Source: Escherichia coli (GTDB lineage: Bacteria; Pseudomonadota; Gammaproteobacteria; Enterobacterales; Enterobacteriaceae). Taken from it: a stretch of DNA of 64,000 bases. The stretch lies in the NCBI RefSeq assembly GCF_017348835.2, contig NZ_CP071375.1. One strand, 5' to 3'. The notes beneath the pieces were generated by a model, which saw only the letters and a program-made list of their open reading frames with translations, searched no databases and was not told the DNA's origin. Position 1 is the stretch's first letter. Each line of letters begins with the position of its first letter. The position numbers and the translations under genes are program-made. Of this stretch, positions 48,761 through 63,089 are shown piece after piece.

Positions 48761-49945
48761 ATGGAACAGACCTGGCGCTGGTACGGCCCAAACGATCCGG
48801 TTTCTTTAGCTGATGTCCGTCAGGCGGGCGCAACTGGCGTGGTTACCGCGCTGCACCATATCCCGAACGGCGAAGTATGGTCCGTTGAAGAGATCCTCAA
48901 ACGCAAGGCGATCATTGAAGACGCAGGCCTGGTGTGGTCTGTCGTAGAAAGCGTGCCAATTCACGAAGATATCAAAACCCACACTGGCAACTATGAGCAG
49001 TGGATCGCTAACTATCAGCAGACTCTGCGCAACCTGGCGCAGTGCGGCATTCGCACCGTGTGCTACAACTTCATGCCGGTGCTCGACTGGACCCGTACTG
49101 ACCTCGAATACGTGCTGCCAGACGGCTCCAAAGCTCTGCGCTTCGACCAGATCGAATTCGCTGCATTCGAAATGCATATCCTGAAACGCCCAGGCGCGGA
49201 AGCGGATTACACCGAAGAAGAAATTGCTCAGGCTGCTGTTCGCTTCGCCACTATGAGCGATGAAGACAAAGCGCGTCTGACCCGTAACATCATTGCTGGT
49301 CTTCCGGGCGCGGAAGAAGGCTACACCCTCGACCAGTTCCGTAAACACCTGGAGCTGTACAAAGATATCGACAAAGCGAAGCTGCGCGAAAACTTTGCCG
49401 TCTTCCTGAAAGCGATTATTCCAGTTGCTGAAGAAGTCGGCGTGCGTATGGCTGTTCACCCGGACGATCCGCCGCGCCCGATCCTCGGCCTGCCGCGCAT
49501 TGTTTCCACCATTGAAGATATGCAGTGGATGGTTGATACCGTAAACAGCATGGCAAACGGTTTTACCATGTGCACCGGTTCCTACGGCGTGCGTGCTGAC
49601 AACGATCTGGTTGATATGATCAAGCAGTTCGGTCCGCGTATTTACTTCACCCATCTGCGCTCCACCATGCGTGAAGATAACCCGAAAACCTTCCACGAAG
49701 CGGCGCACCTGAACGGTGACGTTGATATGTACGAAGTGGTGAAAGCGATTGTTGAAGAAGAACACCGTCGTAAAGCGGAAGGCAAAGAAGACCTGATCCC
49801 GATGCGTCCGGACCACGGTCATCAGATGCTGGACGACCTGAAGAAGAAAACCAACCCAGGTTACTCCGCAATTGGTCGTCTGAAAGGCCTGGCCGAAGTT
49901 CGCGGTGTCGAACTGGCGATCCAGCGCGCTTTCTTTAGCCGTTAA
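48761..49945 (+). CDS. uxuA: Mannonate dehydratase
   Basis: Start at [35 protein letters not shown] gives 394 aa. Confidence 0.95.
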   Translation: MEQTWRWYGPNDPVSLADVRQAGATGVVTALHHIPNGEVWSVEEILKRKAIIEDAGLVWSVVESVPIHEDIKTHTGNYEQWIANYQQTLRNLAQCGIRTVCYNFMPVLDWTRTDLEYVLPDGSKALRFDQIEFAAFEMHILKRPGAEADYTEEEIAQAAVRFATMSDEDKARLTRNIIAGLPGAEEGYTLDQFRKHLELYKDIDKAKLRENFAVFLKAIIPVAEEVGVRMAVHPDDPPRPILGLPRIVSTIEDMQWMVDTVNSMANGFTMCTGSYGVRADNDLVDMIKQFGPRIYFTHLRSTMREDNPKTFHEAAHLNGDVDMYEVVKAIVEEEHRRKAEGKEDLIPMRPDHGHQMLDDLKKKTNPGYSAIGRLKGLAEVRGVELAIQRAFFSR

Positions 49946-50025
49946 TATCCACCGGCATGGCTGCGCGCCGTGCCGGTTCCTTCTTCCTTGCCGTCACTCT
50001 TTGAAGACGGATTCTGGAGTTTACG

Positions 50026-51486
50026 ATGACTACTATTGTTGACAGCAATCTGCCGGTTGCCCGCCCGTCATGGGATCATTCTCGTCTGGAATCACGCATT
50101 GTGCATCTCGGTTGCGGGGCGTTTCACCGCGCGCACCAGGCGCTGTATACCCATCATCTGCTGGAAAGCACCGACAGCGACTGGGGCATCTGCGAAGTTA
50201 ACCTGATGCCAGGCAACGACCGCGTGCTGATCGAAAACCTGAAAAAACAGCAACTGCTGTACACCGTAGCGGAAAAAGGCGCAGAGAGCACCGAGCTGAA
50301 AATTATCGGTTCGATGAAAGAAGCGCTGCATCCGGAAATCGATGGCTGCGAAGGTATTCTCAACGCGATGGCGCGTCCGCAAACGGCGATTGTCTCTCTA
50401 ACGGTCACGGAAAAAGGCTACTGCGCTGATGCGGCAAGCGGTCAACTGGATCTCAATAACCCGCTGATCAAGCACGATCTGGAAAACCCGACTGCGCCGA
50501 AGTCCGCGATTGGTTACATCGTCGAAGCGTTGCGTCTGCGTCGTGAAAAAGGGTTGAAAGCGTTTACGGTGATGTCCTGCGATAACGTGCGTGAAAACGG
50601 TCATGTGGCGAAGGTCGCGGTACTGGGGCTGGCTCAGGCGCGTGACCCGCAGCTGGCGGCATGGATTGAAGAAAATGTCACCTTCCCGTGCACCATGGTT
50701 GACCGCATCGTTCCGGCGGCGACGCCAGAAACCTTACAGGAAATTGCTGACCAGCTGGGTGTTTACGACCCGTGCGCCATTGCCTGCGAACCGTTCCGTC
50801 AGTGGGTGATTGAAGATAACTTCGTTAATGGTCGCCCGGATTGGGATAAAGTGGGCGCACAGTTCGTTGCAGACGTTGTGCCGTTCGAAATGATGAAGCT
50901 GCGTATGCTGAACGGCAGCCACTCTTTTCTGGCGTACCTCGGTTACCTCGGCGGCTATGAAACCATTGCCGACACCATGACTAACCCGGCTTATCGCAAA
51001 GCGGCCTTTGCCCTGATGATGCAGGAACAAGCGCCAACGCTGTCGATGCCGGAAGGTACAGACCTGAACGCCTATGCGACGCTGCTGATCGAGCGTTTCA
51101 GCAACCCGTCTCTGCGTCACCGTACCTGGCAGATTGCGATGGACGGCAGCCAGAAGTTACCGCAGCGTCTGCTGGACCCGGTGCGTCTGCACCTGCAAAA
51201 CGGCGGTAGCTGGCGTCACCTGGCGCTGGGCGTGGCTGGCTGGATGCGCTACACCCAGGGCGTGGATGAGCAGGGTAATGCCATTGACGTGGTTGATCCG
51301 ATGCTGGCGGAGTTCCAGAAGATCAACGCGCAGTATCAGGGCGCAGACCGCGTGAAAGCGCTGCTGGGCCTGAGCGGTATTTTTGCCGATGATCTGCCGC
51401 AGAATGCCGACTTTGTTGGCGCGGTGACGGCGGCATATCAGCAGCTGTGCGAATGTGGTGCGCGCGAGTGTGTGGCTGCGCTGTAA
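50026..51486 (+). CDS. uxuB: D-mannonate oxidoreductase
   Basis: 486-aa mannitol-dehydrogenase-family ORF. Confidence 0.93.
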   Translation: MTTIVDSNLPVARPSWDHSRLESRIVHLGCGAFHRAHQALYTHHLLESTDSDWGICEVNLMPGNDRVLIENLKKQQLLYTVAEKGAESTELKIIGSMKEALHPEIDGCEGILNAMARPQTAIVSLTVTEKGYCADAASGQLDLNNPLIKHDLENPTAPKSAIGYIVEALRLRREKGLKAFTVMSCDNVRENGHVAKVAVLGLAQARDPQLAAWIEENVTFPCTMVDRIVPAATPETLQEIADQLGVYDPCAIACEPFRQWVIEDNFVNGRPDWDKVGAQFVADVVPFEMMKLRMLNGSHSFLAYLGYLGGYETIADTMTNPAYRKAAFALMMQEQAPTLSMPEGTDLNAYATLLIERFSNPSLRHRTWQIAMDGSQKLPQRLLDPVRLHLQNGGSWRHLALGVAGWMRYTQGVDEQGNAIDVVDPMLAEFQKINAQYQGADRVKALLGLSGIFADDLPQNADFVGAVTAAYQQLCECGARECVAAL

Positions 51487-51510
51487 CTAACTGATTACCC
51501 TACAGACTTA

Positions 51511-51556
51511 CTGGTCAATCAAACTGATATTTGGTTGACCAGTTTTCGTTTTTTTG
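51511..51556 (+). terminator. Intrinsic terminator after uxuB
   Basis: ctggtcaa...ttgaccag hairpin followed by ttttcgtttttttg. Confidence 0.65.
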
Positions 51557-51623
51557 CCCACCTGTACGTGCCAACTTCCAGTGCTAATGGTATAGTTTGA
51601 GATTAACGGGGGCCGTAAAATTG

Positions 51624-51665
51624 CCCGTTGTAGGCCGGATAAGGCGTTCACGCCGCATCCGGCAA
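51624..51665. repeat. REP element
   Basis: gcccgttgtaggccggataaggcgttcacgccgcatccggca. Confidence 0.75.
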
Positions 51666-51700
51666 AAATTTGATTAACCGCACCTAACGGACACAACACC

Positions 51701-52474
51701 ATGAAATCTGCCACCTCTGCGCAAAGACCTTACCAGGAAGTCGGGGCGATGATCCGCGATCTGATCATAAAGACGCCGTACAATCCTGGCGAACGGCTGC
51801 CGCCGGAGCGTGAAATTGCAGAAATGCTTGATGTCACGCGGACGGTGGTACGTGAAGCGCTGATCATGCTGGAGATCAAAGGGCTGGTGGAAGTGCGCCG
51901 GGGTGCCGGTATCTATGTTCTTGATAGCTCAGGCAGCCACAACACAGACAGTCCGGATGCCAACGTCTGCAACGATGCCGGTCCTTTTGAGCTGTTACAG
52001 GCGCGGCAGTTATTGGAGAGCAACATCGCCGAGTTTGCCGCTTTGCAGGCTACCCGCGAAGATATCGTCAAAATGCGTCAGGCATTGCAACTGGAAGAGC
52101 GTGAACTGGCTTCCAGTGCGCCGGGCAGCAGCGAAAGCGGTGACATGCAGTTCCATCTCGCTATTGCCGAAGCAACGCATAACAGCATGCTGGTGGAGCT
52201 GTTCCGTCAGTCCTGGCAGTGGCGGGAAAACAATCCAATGTGGATCCAGTTGCACAGCCATCTGGATGACAGCCTGTATCGCAAAGAGTGGTTGGGCGAT
52301 CACAAACAGATCCTCGCCGCGTTAATCAAAAAAGATGCCCGAGCGGCGAAGCTGGCAATGTGGCAGCATCTGGAAAACGTTAAGCAACGTCTGCTGGAAT
52401 TCTCGAACGTTGACGATATTTATTTTGATGGCTATCTGTTTGATTCATGGCCGCTGGATAAAGTCGACGCCTGA
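51701..52474 (+). CDS. uxuR: GntR-family repressor UxuR
   Basis: 257-aa ORF with N-terminal GntR-type HTH and FadR-type C-terminal domain. Confidence 0.93.
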   Translation: MKSATSAQRPYQEVGAMIRDLIIKTPYNPGERLPPEREIAEMLDVTRTVVREALIMLEIKGLVEVRRGAGIYVLDSSGSHNTDSPDANVCNDAGPFELLQARQLLESNIAEFAALQATREDIVKMRQALQLEERELASSAPGSSESGDMQFHLAIAEATHNSMLVELFRQSWQWRENNPMWIQLHSHLDDSLYRKEWLGDHKQILAALIKKDARAAKLAMWQHLENVKQRLLEFSNVDDIYFDGYLFDSWPLDKVDA

Positions 52475-52614
52475 CTTATTATAATAAGCGCAAGGGTAAA
52501 CGTTCCTTGCGCTTTCTTAAATTAAGAAGTCGCAATGAGTATTACTTTGTAAATTGCAGGGTATTGTTTAGCTATCTGTATAACCTGAATGTTAGTACTC
52601 ATTCTTCCTGGTAG

Positions 52615-53445
52615 TTATTTACCAATATAATTCCATTCACCATTTTTTAATTCAAACAGTTCTGGAAGAGATGACGGTTGCAGAGTCATACGTTTGAGTG
52701 GTGCATTTTCATCACCCGGGATAACTTTATATCCCATTTTTGCATGGATCTCCGCGGTACCGGGATAGGCTTCTATACCAATTATTGGGTCATTACCCAA
52801 CTCAATATTAGCATTAAGTAATGCGGCAAGGGCGAATCCGGAAGAATTTGCTACCCCTGTTACCGTCATTATCTGATCAATATAGATATCAATCCTTGGC
52901 TGCTCATTGGTCCATCTTTTTGCCTGAGAAGCTGGAAGGGTTGAAATATATCCTATCGTGGTTCCGGCATAACCAGGAACATTGCAACCAGGGCCTAATG
53001 TTATTTCATGAACTGTATAGTCCTCAACAGGATCGAAAGGGCTCTTCATAAATAAATTTAGCCGTAAACCTTCTGCTAACTCTGTGGTAGCATGCGCCTT
53101 TTTACATATGCCACCATATATTTCGTCTAAAGCTGAGGTGATTTTCAAGTTCCGATAGAGCATACGTCCTGTTGTTGTAATACCATCGGATTCTCTGCAT
53201 GCTCCTGTCACATAATTAAATGGCCAGGGCTCTTTACTAATATCAAGTTTTCTAATTTCGACAACGCTTTTTCCATCGTAATTATGGTTATTGCCACGAG
53301 TAAGAGGCAGAAGATAGATATTTTCCGTATCCAGGCGTGCACGTTCATATTTACGTGTTAACTCATTGTCGACTTTTGGATGATGAAGGAAGTGATTATT
53401 TATATAGAATTGGTTATTAGCGGCATTGCTTAATGGCATAGACAT
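52615..53445 (-). CDS. yjiC: Uncharacterised protein YjiC
   Basis: 276-aa AT-rich ORF at the K-12 position downstream of uxuR. Confidence 0.75.
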   Translation of the reverse strand: MSMPLSNAANNQFYINNHFLHHPKVDNELTRKYERARLDTENIYLLPLTRGNNHNYDGKSVVEIRKLDISKEPWPFNYVTGACRESDGITTTGRMLYRNLKITSALDEIYGGICKKAHATTELAEGLRLNLFMKSPFDPVEDYTVHEITLGPGCNVPGYAGTTIGYISTLPASQAKRWTNEQPRIDIYIDQIMTVTGVANSSGFALAALLNANIELGNDPIIGIEAYPGTAEIHAKMGYKVIPGDENAPLKRMTLQPSSLPELFELKNGEWNYIGK

Positions 53446-54116
53446 AATAGTTACCTTTTATGAGTATTTCACTGATGTTTAGAAAAATAGATAAATTTTT
53501 CTGTAGTAAAAGAGAAGTAAACAAATGACATGCATGTTTCTGTTGTAGTGATATCAACTCTACACAGTGATATTAAATGGTAGGAAACACTCTAAAGTAT
53601 CAAAAAACGCTCATTTAAAATTATTTGCATGCAATTTAAAAGCATATCTTATTACTAATTGGAATTTGATGTTGCTATATTGAGGTCTATATTAATAATG
53701 CCTGTGAATGGTATTTTTGATGTATTTGATATGTTATCAATTTATATTATTTACAAACTAATTGTTTCAAATAATACATAGGTGATTATGCGGAAATAAA
53801 TAATTTCCAACCGGAATTAAGTAGCGGCGGTGACAAGTATTTTCATCTACGTAACTATTCGGAATATTCAGAATATACTAGCGGTTTTTTTTTGAGTTTG
53901 ATGATTTTTATCAAATCATGACTTTTTTCCTGAAAAGTCAGTAGATATTCATAGGCAAGTAAGGTTTTATACTTTGCTGACAGGATTCAGGCCTGTCTCA
54001 GACTGACATGGATGTAATGAACAAAAGGGAATGGCTATGGAAAATGAGCATCAATACAGTGGTGCCCGGTGTTCAGGGCAAGCCGCATATGTTGCTAAAC
54101 GTCAGGAGTGCGCAAA

Positions 54117-54509
54117 ATGATGCGCCAATCACTTCAGGCTGTTTTACCTAAAATTTCAGGCAATAAAACGTCATTGCTGCGTAAATCGGTATGCAGCGAT
54201 CTCCTCACTCTTTTTAATTCTCCTCATTCGGCATTACCGTCATTACTTGTTTCAGGCATGCCCGAGTGGCAAGTGCATAACCCGAGCGACAAACATCTCC
54301 AGAGCTGGTATTGCCGTCAGCTGCGTTCTGCACTGTTATTTCATGAGCCACGGATTGCGGCGTTGCAGGTTAATCTGAAAGAAGCGTACTGCCACACTCT
54401 GGCGATCAGCCTTGAGATAATGCTGTACCACGACGATGAACCGCTAACGTTTGATCTGGTCTGGGATAATGGCGGTTGGCGCAGTGCGACGCTGGAGAAT
54501 GTCAGCTAA
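54117..54509 (+). CDS. iraD: Anti-adaptor protein IraD
   Basis: Start at [11 protein letters not shown] gives 130 aa matching recalled IraD/YjiD. Confidence 0.85.
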   Translation: MMRQSLQAVLPKISGNKTSLLRKSVCSDLLTLFNSPHSALPSLLVSGMPEWQVHNPSDKHLQSWYCRQLRSALLFHEPRIAALQVNLKEAYCHTLAISLEIMLYHDDEPLTFDLVWDNGGWRSATLENVS

Positions 54510-55413
54510 GCACAATCTCCAGCTCGCGCAGTTCACGCCAGAAGCGTTCGGCAACGGGATTCATGCGGGTATTCATCCGGTATGCATAGGCCTGAATCGG
54601 GATCACCAGTTCGTCCCGATTCAGTACAACGAGCTTCCCGCTGCGAATTTCTTGTTGGATGGCGTACTCCGGCAGCCAGGCAATCCCACAGCCGTCGAGG
54701 GCAACCTGCTTTAAAAGCTCGCTCATCGAAGAGACAAAAAAGGTGCTGAAACTTAACTCACTGTGGCGCGTCAGGGTGCGATTAATCAATCGCCCCATGT
54801 AGGAGTTGCGGCTGTAATTCAGTAACGGAAAGTGTGGCTGCGCGAGGTTAAAAAGTGCTTCTCCGTGTTCGTCACTGGCGCAGACAGGGAACAATTGAGA
54901 TTCAAATAAGCGAATGTGGTCAAACGGCGCTTCCAGCAAATCTTCGTCGTGAAAGGAAAAAATACAGTCACTTTGCCCTTCACGCAGTTTATCGACCGCT
55001 TCATCGACATCAATGGCTTCAATTGCCCAGGTAAAGAGCGGCGGCATCTGGCTGATAATGGACGGTAAAAGACCGAGGGAAAGAGAGTGTGCAGCGGCTA
55101 TCTTGATTTTACGTTGCGCGTAATCGCTGCCGCCACGCAGCTCTGCCAGATTGCTCTCTAACTGTTGCAACAGATGGCGGATCTGCGAATGGAAGATTTT
55201 CCCTTGTTCTGAGAGTTGCAGCGGCGTTACCTGGCGGTTAAACAATTCAACACCAATCGCCTGTTCCAGCGCACGGATGCGGCGGCTGAATGCCGGTTGC
55301 GAGACGTTGCGACTGACTGCCGCCTGGGAAAAATTGCGGCATTTTTCCAGGGTCAGAAAATCATAAAGCCATTTGGTTTCAATATTATGCAAAATCGCAC
55401 CACAGTCATCCAT
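54502..55413 (-). CDS. hypT: LysR-family regulator HypT
   Basis: 303-aa ORF with N-terminal LysR HTH. Confidence 0.88.
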   Translation of the reverse strand: MDDCGAILHNIETKWLYDFLTLEKCRNFSQAAVSRNVSQPAFSRRIRALEQAIGVELFNRQVTPLQLSEQGKIFHSQIRHLLQQLESNLAELRGGSDYAQRKIKIAAAHSLSLGLLPSIISQMPPLFTWAIEAIDVDEAVDKLREGQSDCIFSFHDEDLLEAPFDHIRLFESQLFPVCASDEHGEALFNLAQPHFPLLNYSRNSYMGRLINRTLTRHSELSFSTFFVSSMSELLKQVALDGCGIAWLPEYAIQQEIRSGKLVVLNRDELVIPIQAYAYRMNTRMNPVAERFWRELRELEIVLS

Positions 55414-55477
55414 TACGTTTTACTCTGTCAGCCGCCCTTGCGGGCATTCTACGTCCATTCGGGCGGCTGACAACCGT

Positions 55478-56650
55478 TTAAGCCGTTTCAAACGTTCCTT
55501 TCACGCAGGCTTTGCCGTCTTTGACCATCAGTTTGCCGCGAGCGTATACCTGCTCAATGCGCAGTTCTGGCGTCATGACCAGCAAGTCAGCATCATTGCC
55601 TGGCAGAATTTCGCCTTTCCCGGTCAGGTTAAGGAAACCGGCTACGCTACTGGTGAGCGGGCGCAGGGCATCGCTGATACTGAAATCATAGTCTTTGACC
55701 AGCACCTGCACGATTTCCAGCAACGTTTCAAAACCTGCAACACCGATATGGGTTAAATTCCCTTCGTCATCGAAGAACGGCTGGCTACCGTTGCCGTCGG
55801 AGCTGAGGGTGACGCGTGCCAGCGGAATACCCGCCTGAACGGCGCGGGCAATACCTTCGGCAGGGGCGACCGGTTCGTCAATGCTGCTGGTGATATCGAT
55901 GGTGCCGCCTTTGCGCGCGAACTCCAGCGCCTGCTCAAACAACGGCACGTTGCGGTTAACGTGGGTCGGCAGCAGCTTGCTGATCGGCACATCGCAGTTT
56001 TCCAGCAGGTCATAAATAGGCTGTAACGCCTTTTTACTGTCGCCCATGTGGAACACGGTGACGCCAGGTTTACCGCCGAGCAAACCGCCAACGCGGGATT
56101 CTGCCGCCATATTGGCCAGGTGATAAACGTCCGGTGCGGCAGAACGGTGATCAGAGATGGCGCATTTCACGCCAATCACACGATCGATAATCGCCACGTC
56201 TTTTTCCACGGAACCCGTAATGGTGCGGGAAGGGACATGATAAGCGCCGGTCAGCATCCAGGCGCTGATGCCTTCTTCATTGAGCGCACGGGTCTTGGCG
56301 AGCAGGGATTCCGGGTGGCGAGAGATAGAGTCGGTGCCCAGCAGACCAACCACTGACGTGACGCCCGCTTCCGTCAGGCGACTTAGCGCCACTTCCGGCG
56401 TGCGCGTCGTGGGACCTGCTTCGCCGCCACCGCCAATCAAATGGACGTGTTGATCAATAAAACCTGGGCAGAGGATCTGCCCACTGAGATCGACAACCGT
56501 GCAGTTCGGTACAATGTCAGAAGGGATATTGCTGGCAACGGCGATAATTTTGCCGTTAGCGACGAGGACATCGCAAATTCCCCGATCTTCCGGCGCATAC
56601 AAATGCGCTCCCTGCAGCAGGGTAAAACCGGCTGCGGTATAATCAATCAT
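55478..56650 (-). CDS. iadA: Isoaspartyl dipeptidase
   Basis: 390-aa amidohydrolase-family ORF. Confidence 0.9.
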   Translation of the reverse strand: MIDYTAAGFTLLQGAHLYAPEDRGICDVLVANGKIIAVASNIPSDIVPNCTVVDLSGQILCPGFIDQHVHLIGGGGEAGPTTRTPEVALSRLTEAGVTSVVGLLGTDSISRHPESLLAKTRALNEEGISAWMLTGAYHVPSRTITGSVEKDVAIIDRVIGVKCAISDHRSAAPDVYHLANMAAESRVGGLLGGKPGVTVFHMGDSKKALQPIYDLLENCDVPISKLLPTHVNRNVPLFEQALEFARKGGTIDITSSIDEPVAPAEGIARAVQAGIPLARVTLSSDGNGSQPFFDDEGNLTHIGVAGFETLLEIVQVLVKDYDFSISDALRPLTSSVAGFLNLTGKGEILPGNDADLLVMTPELRIEQVYARGKLMVKDGKACVKGTFETA

Positions 56651-56662
56651 GGTAACTCCTTG

Positions 56663-57124
56663 TTAAACAATAAGCTGCATAACCCAGATCGACAGCAATG
56701 CGTTAATCACGCAGACCGTAATGATATGCGGGTAATATTTGGCATTCACTTCGGCTGTCCCCAGGCAGCGACCGACATTTTGCACCGGGTTGCCCATTAA
56801 ATACATCGCGGGCAGTAAAACGGTGACATCGTGACCGGTTAATGCGCCAGCGGTTGCCAGACTGGCGGCAACACCGACTGCGCCACCCATACTCATTAAT
56901 GCGGCTAAAAGGACGGTTGCCGCTTCACCGGGTAATCCCCACAGCGCCATTACGGGTTCACAGATATGCCCCACCCAGTCGAGCAGGCCGGTAATTTTCA
57001 GCGCCTGAATGATGACAAACGCCATCACCACGTTTGGCAGCAGGTTGGTCGTGGCGATAGTAAAGCCACGGCGCGCGCCATCGATAAACATATCCATGAC
57101 GTTTTTGCGGACCTGAGTTGTCAT
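56663..57124 (-). CDS. yjiG: Inner membrane protein YjiG
   Basis: 153-aa hydrophobic ORF overlapping the yjiH stop. Confidence 0.8.
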   Translation of the reverse strand: MTTQVRKNVMDMFIDGARRGFTIATTNLLPNVVMAFVIIQALKITGLLDWVGHICEPVMALWGLPGEAATVLLAALMSMGGAVGVAASLATAGALTGHDVTVLLPAMYLMGNPVQNVGRCLGTAEVNAKYYPHIITVCVINALLSIWVMQLIV

Positions 57125-57816
57125 GCTTGCGCTCCTTGCGTTGGGTTGCGACGTTCTTCGAAGTTAAGCCAGACGCGCAAAATGTTGGCTCCGACAAATT
57201 TAAACACCAGGATGACGGCTAAAGGTACGATTACGGACGTGCCCAGAAAGGCGAACACCGCGACGCCGGAAGAGAAGTAGTTGGTGATGATGGCGCTACC
57301 GCTGGTTTGATATGCGGCGAAAATCACTTTATCGCGTTCGGTAATTTCACCTTCCTGCGCCAGCTCTTTGGTCATACCGGCGGCGGCATCCGTGTTTTGC
57401 AGGTTAGCGATCAGCGCCAGCGAGCAGATCCCTGGAATGCCCAACAACGGTTTTAGCACAGGTGTCATTAACTGCTGCGCGGCGCGTAATCCACCAAGAC
57501 CATCGGTAATTGAAATAATCCCCAGAGAGAGAATGACTGACGGTGCCAGCTCCAGCGCAAAGAGAAATCCATCTTTAGCCCCCGCGCCACCCGCCCCGCG
57601 AAATGAGGTGGTTGCTCCATTCGCACCAGGCAGTTGCCCAAACGATCCGTTCAGAACGGAAAAATCAAAAACGCGCCACCAGCTGTCTGTCCCGGAAAAA
57701 ACACCGGAAAAAAAGATTATGGTGAGAAAAAAAGCCAGATACCCTTTAATGCCCACTTTTTCTGTCGCCAGCTCCCCGGCTACAGCATCCCCTTGTTGTG
57801 TCATAACAATCCCCAT
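57121..57816 (-). CDS. yjiH: Inner membrane protein YjiH
   Basis: Membrane ORF forming an operon with yjiG; start may be at the internal Met (57804). Confidence 0.8.
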   Translation of the reverse strand: MGIVMTQQGDAVAGELATEKVGIKGYLAFFLTIIFFSGVFSGTDSWWRVFDFSVLNGSFGQLPGANGATTSFRGAGGAGAKDGFLFALELAPSVILSLGIISITDGLGGLRAAQQLMTPVLKPLLGIPGICSLALIANLQNTDAAAGMTKELAQEGEITERDKVIFAAYQTSGSAIITNYFSSGVAVFAFLGTSVIVPLAVILVFKFVGANILRVWLNFEERRNPTQGAQA

Positions 57817-58053
57817 TGTTTTTTTGTGTTTGTGTGTTGCTTGAGCCAGGAAAATTCCTGGAACTGAAAAACCTTATCAGCCATGTGGGTATGGGGAAAA
57901 TGCAAGTATGTTTCTGGCTATGCGTTTTTTGCATAGCGGAAAAATTACGCTGTGTGGAAAAGGTTCTGCGCAGGATTGAGTTGCAGAAAATTCATAAACC
58001 CAGTGACAATGACATTAGTAAATAAAAACAGAAAATCCAGGGACGAAAACGCG

Positions 58054-58608
58054 ATGGCAAAGTACAACGAAAAAGAGCTGGCGGATACGAGCAAGTTTTT
58101 AAGTTTTGTCCTCCGACACAAACCGGAGGCGATTGGTATCGTACTTGACTGTGAAGGATGGGCGGATATCGATAAGCTCATACTTTGTGCCCAAAAAGCG
58201 GGCAAGCGATTAACCCGTGCATTGCTGGATACAGTGGTCGCAACCAGCGATAAAAAGCGTTTTAGTTATTCCAGTGATGGTAGGTGCATCCGCGCGGTTC
58301 AGGGGCATTCGACTTCGCAGGTCGCTATTTCCTTTGCCGAAAAAACACCGCCACAGTTTCTCTACCACGGTACGGCAAGCCGTTTCCTTGACGAGATAAA
58401 AAAACAGGGGCTGATTGCAGGGGATCGTCATTACGTGCATCTCTCTGCTGATGAAGCAACGGCACGCAAAGTGGGAGCAAGACACGGATCGCCGGTTATC
58501 TTAACCGTCAAAGCACAGGAAATGGCGAAACGAGGCCTCCCTTTCTGGCAAGCGGAAAACGGGGTCTGGCTGACATCAACGGTTGCTGTTGAGTTTCTTG
58601 AGTGGTAA
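58054..58608 (+). CDS. kptA: RNA 2'-phosphotransferase KptA (Tpt1 family)
   Basis: Start at [28 protein letters not shown] gives 184 aa. Confidence 0.88.
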   Translation: MAKYNEKELADTSKFLSFVLRHKPEAIGIVLDCEGWADIDKLILCAQKAGKRLTRALLDTVVATSDKKRFSYSSDGRCIRAVQGHSTSQVAISFAEKTPPQFLYHGTASRFLDEIKKQGLIAGDRHYVHLSADEATARKVGARHGSPVILTVKAQEMAKRGLPFWQAENGVWLTSTVAVEFLEW

Positions 58609-58620
58609 GGGAAACACTCC

Positions 58621-59799
58621 TCATGAAGTGACCACTTGCAGCTTAAATAATTGTACTGTGCTGATAAGCGCAGCAATAAACAACGCCGCCGCGCCGCAGA
58701 GAGTGGCGCCGGCAAGCGCCGATGTTCCATTGCCGAGCATACTGGTCAGCGCCGGGCCGAGGATTTGTCCAATGCCGTAAATGAGCGTCACAAAGCCTAA
58801 AAGATTGAGATTTCCCGGAACGCTCAGTTGGCGGGCGATAGTCATCACCAGAGATGTCGTGCCCATAAAGGTACCGCCAAAACCGATACTACTAATGATA
58901 AGCAAGAGAGGAGAGTCGCTGGCGAGAGTAAGCAGCACACTGATAGCCTGCACCAGCAAATTCGCCGTCAGGCAAGGCAAAGCCCCCCAACGTTTTGCTG
59001 CCCATAGCCAGCCAAAGCAGCCTGGCACAATTGATAAGCCGACTAACGTCCAGAGATGGGCGGTTAACAATGGTGAGCCTGCATCTTTCGCCATGAGCGG
59101 CAGGTAAGTCGCGACGATGATATAACCAAATCCCGCCAGGCCGTACAGAATAGCCAGTAACCACCAGCTCATTATCTGTTGCTCCGTTTTTGCCAATGGC
59201 ATTGGTGCGATGGCGTGTTTTTTCGAGGGCATTAAAAGCGTAAGTGCAATCAGCATCATGCCAGAAAGCGCCCCGGCGCCTTGCCATAACGTTTGCGAGG
59301 ATAAGGCAAAATGCAGGCCTGCCAGAACATATTCGTTGCCCAGTGCAATGCCAATGCCAACGCCAGAAAACAAAGCTGCCAGCACAAAAGGATGGCGCGT
59401 GTGCTGCATAATCAGCGTCGAACCAAAAATCAGCATACCGGCGCTGGCGACACCCGCCAGGAAGCGAATCAATAACACCAGAATAAATGGCGGCAACCAT
59501 GCCATTGCGAGGATCAACAACCCGCTCGCCAGGGCAGAAACCAACAGAAATGGGCGCAGGCGCGACGGCTGGTGAAATGCGCCAAACGAAAATAGCAGAC
59601 TGCCAGCCAGATACCCCGCATAGTTGCCGCTGGCAATCCACGAGAGCTGGCTAAATGAAAACGCCCCTTCCGCCATCATGACGGGCAACATAGGCGTATA
59701 AAGGAAGCGACCTAATCCCATACCTAAGGTCAGAACCAGCATCCCGAAAAGCGCGGTGCTGAAAGAAAAGCGTTCTACGGGATGCGAGGACGAAGGCAT
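58621..59799 (-). CDS. yjiJ: MFS transporter YjiJ
   Basis: 392-aa 12-TM-like ORF. Confidence 0.8.
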   Translation of the reverse strand: MPSSSHPVERFSFSTALFGMLVLTLGMGLGRFLYTPMLPVMMAEGAFSFSQLSWIASGNYAGYLAGSLLFSFGAFHQPSRLRPFLLVSALASGLLILAMAWLPPFILVLLIRFLAGVASAGMLIFGSTLIMQHTRHPFVLAALFSGVGIGIALGNEYVLAGLHFALSSQTLWQGAGALSGMMLIALTLLMPSKKHAIAPMPLAKTEQQIMSWWLLAILYGLAGFGYIIVATYLPLMAKDAGSPLLTAHLWTLVGLSIVPGCFGWLWAAKRWGALPCLTANLLVQAISVLLTLASDSPLLLIISSIGFGGTFMGTTSLVMTIARQLSVPGNLNLLGFVTLIYGIGQILGPALTSMLGNGTSALAGATLCGAAALFIAALISTVQLFKLQVVTS

Positions 59800-59866
59800 G
59801 TTTAACCTTGTATGTCATTTTTGTTGTTAACAAGTTAATAACAAAAAGGTGAAATATGCCAGCCTG

Positions 59867-62974
<3,108 letters not shown>

Positions 62975-63089
62975 GATTTTCCTTCCCCGTACCACGGGAG
63001 ATAATGAAAAGAGGCCACATTATTACCATTCTTTTAGTGTGGTTTATTTGATCTCTCTCGCGGTTAGCCACTTAGTTTTTCATGGATTT

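Noticed and set aside
48806..49822. 338-aa ORF on the minus strand
   Set aside because: Antisense to uxuA across its whole length.
58892..59641. 249-aa ORF on the minus strand in a second frame
   Set aside because: Alternative frame inside yjiJ; the yjiJ frame has the membrane-protein character.
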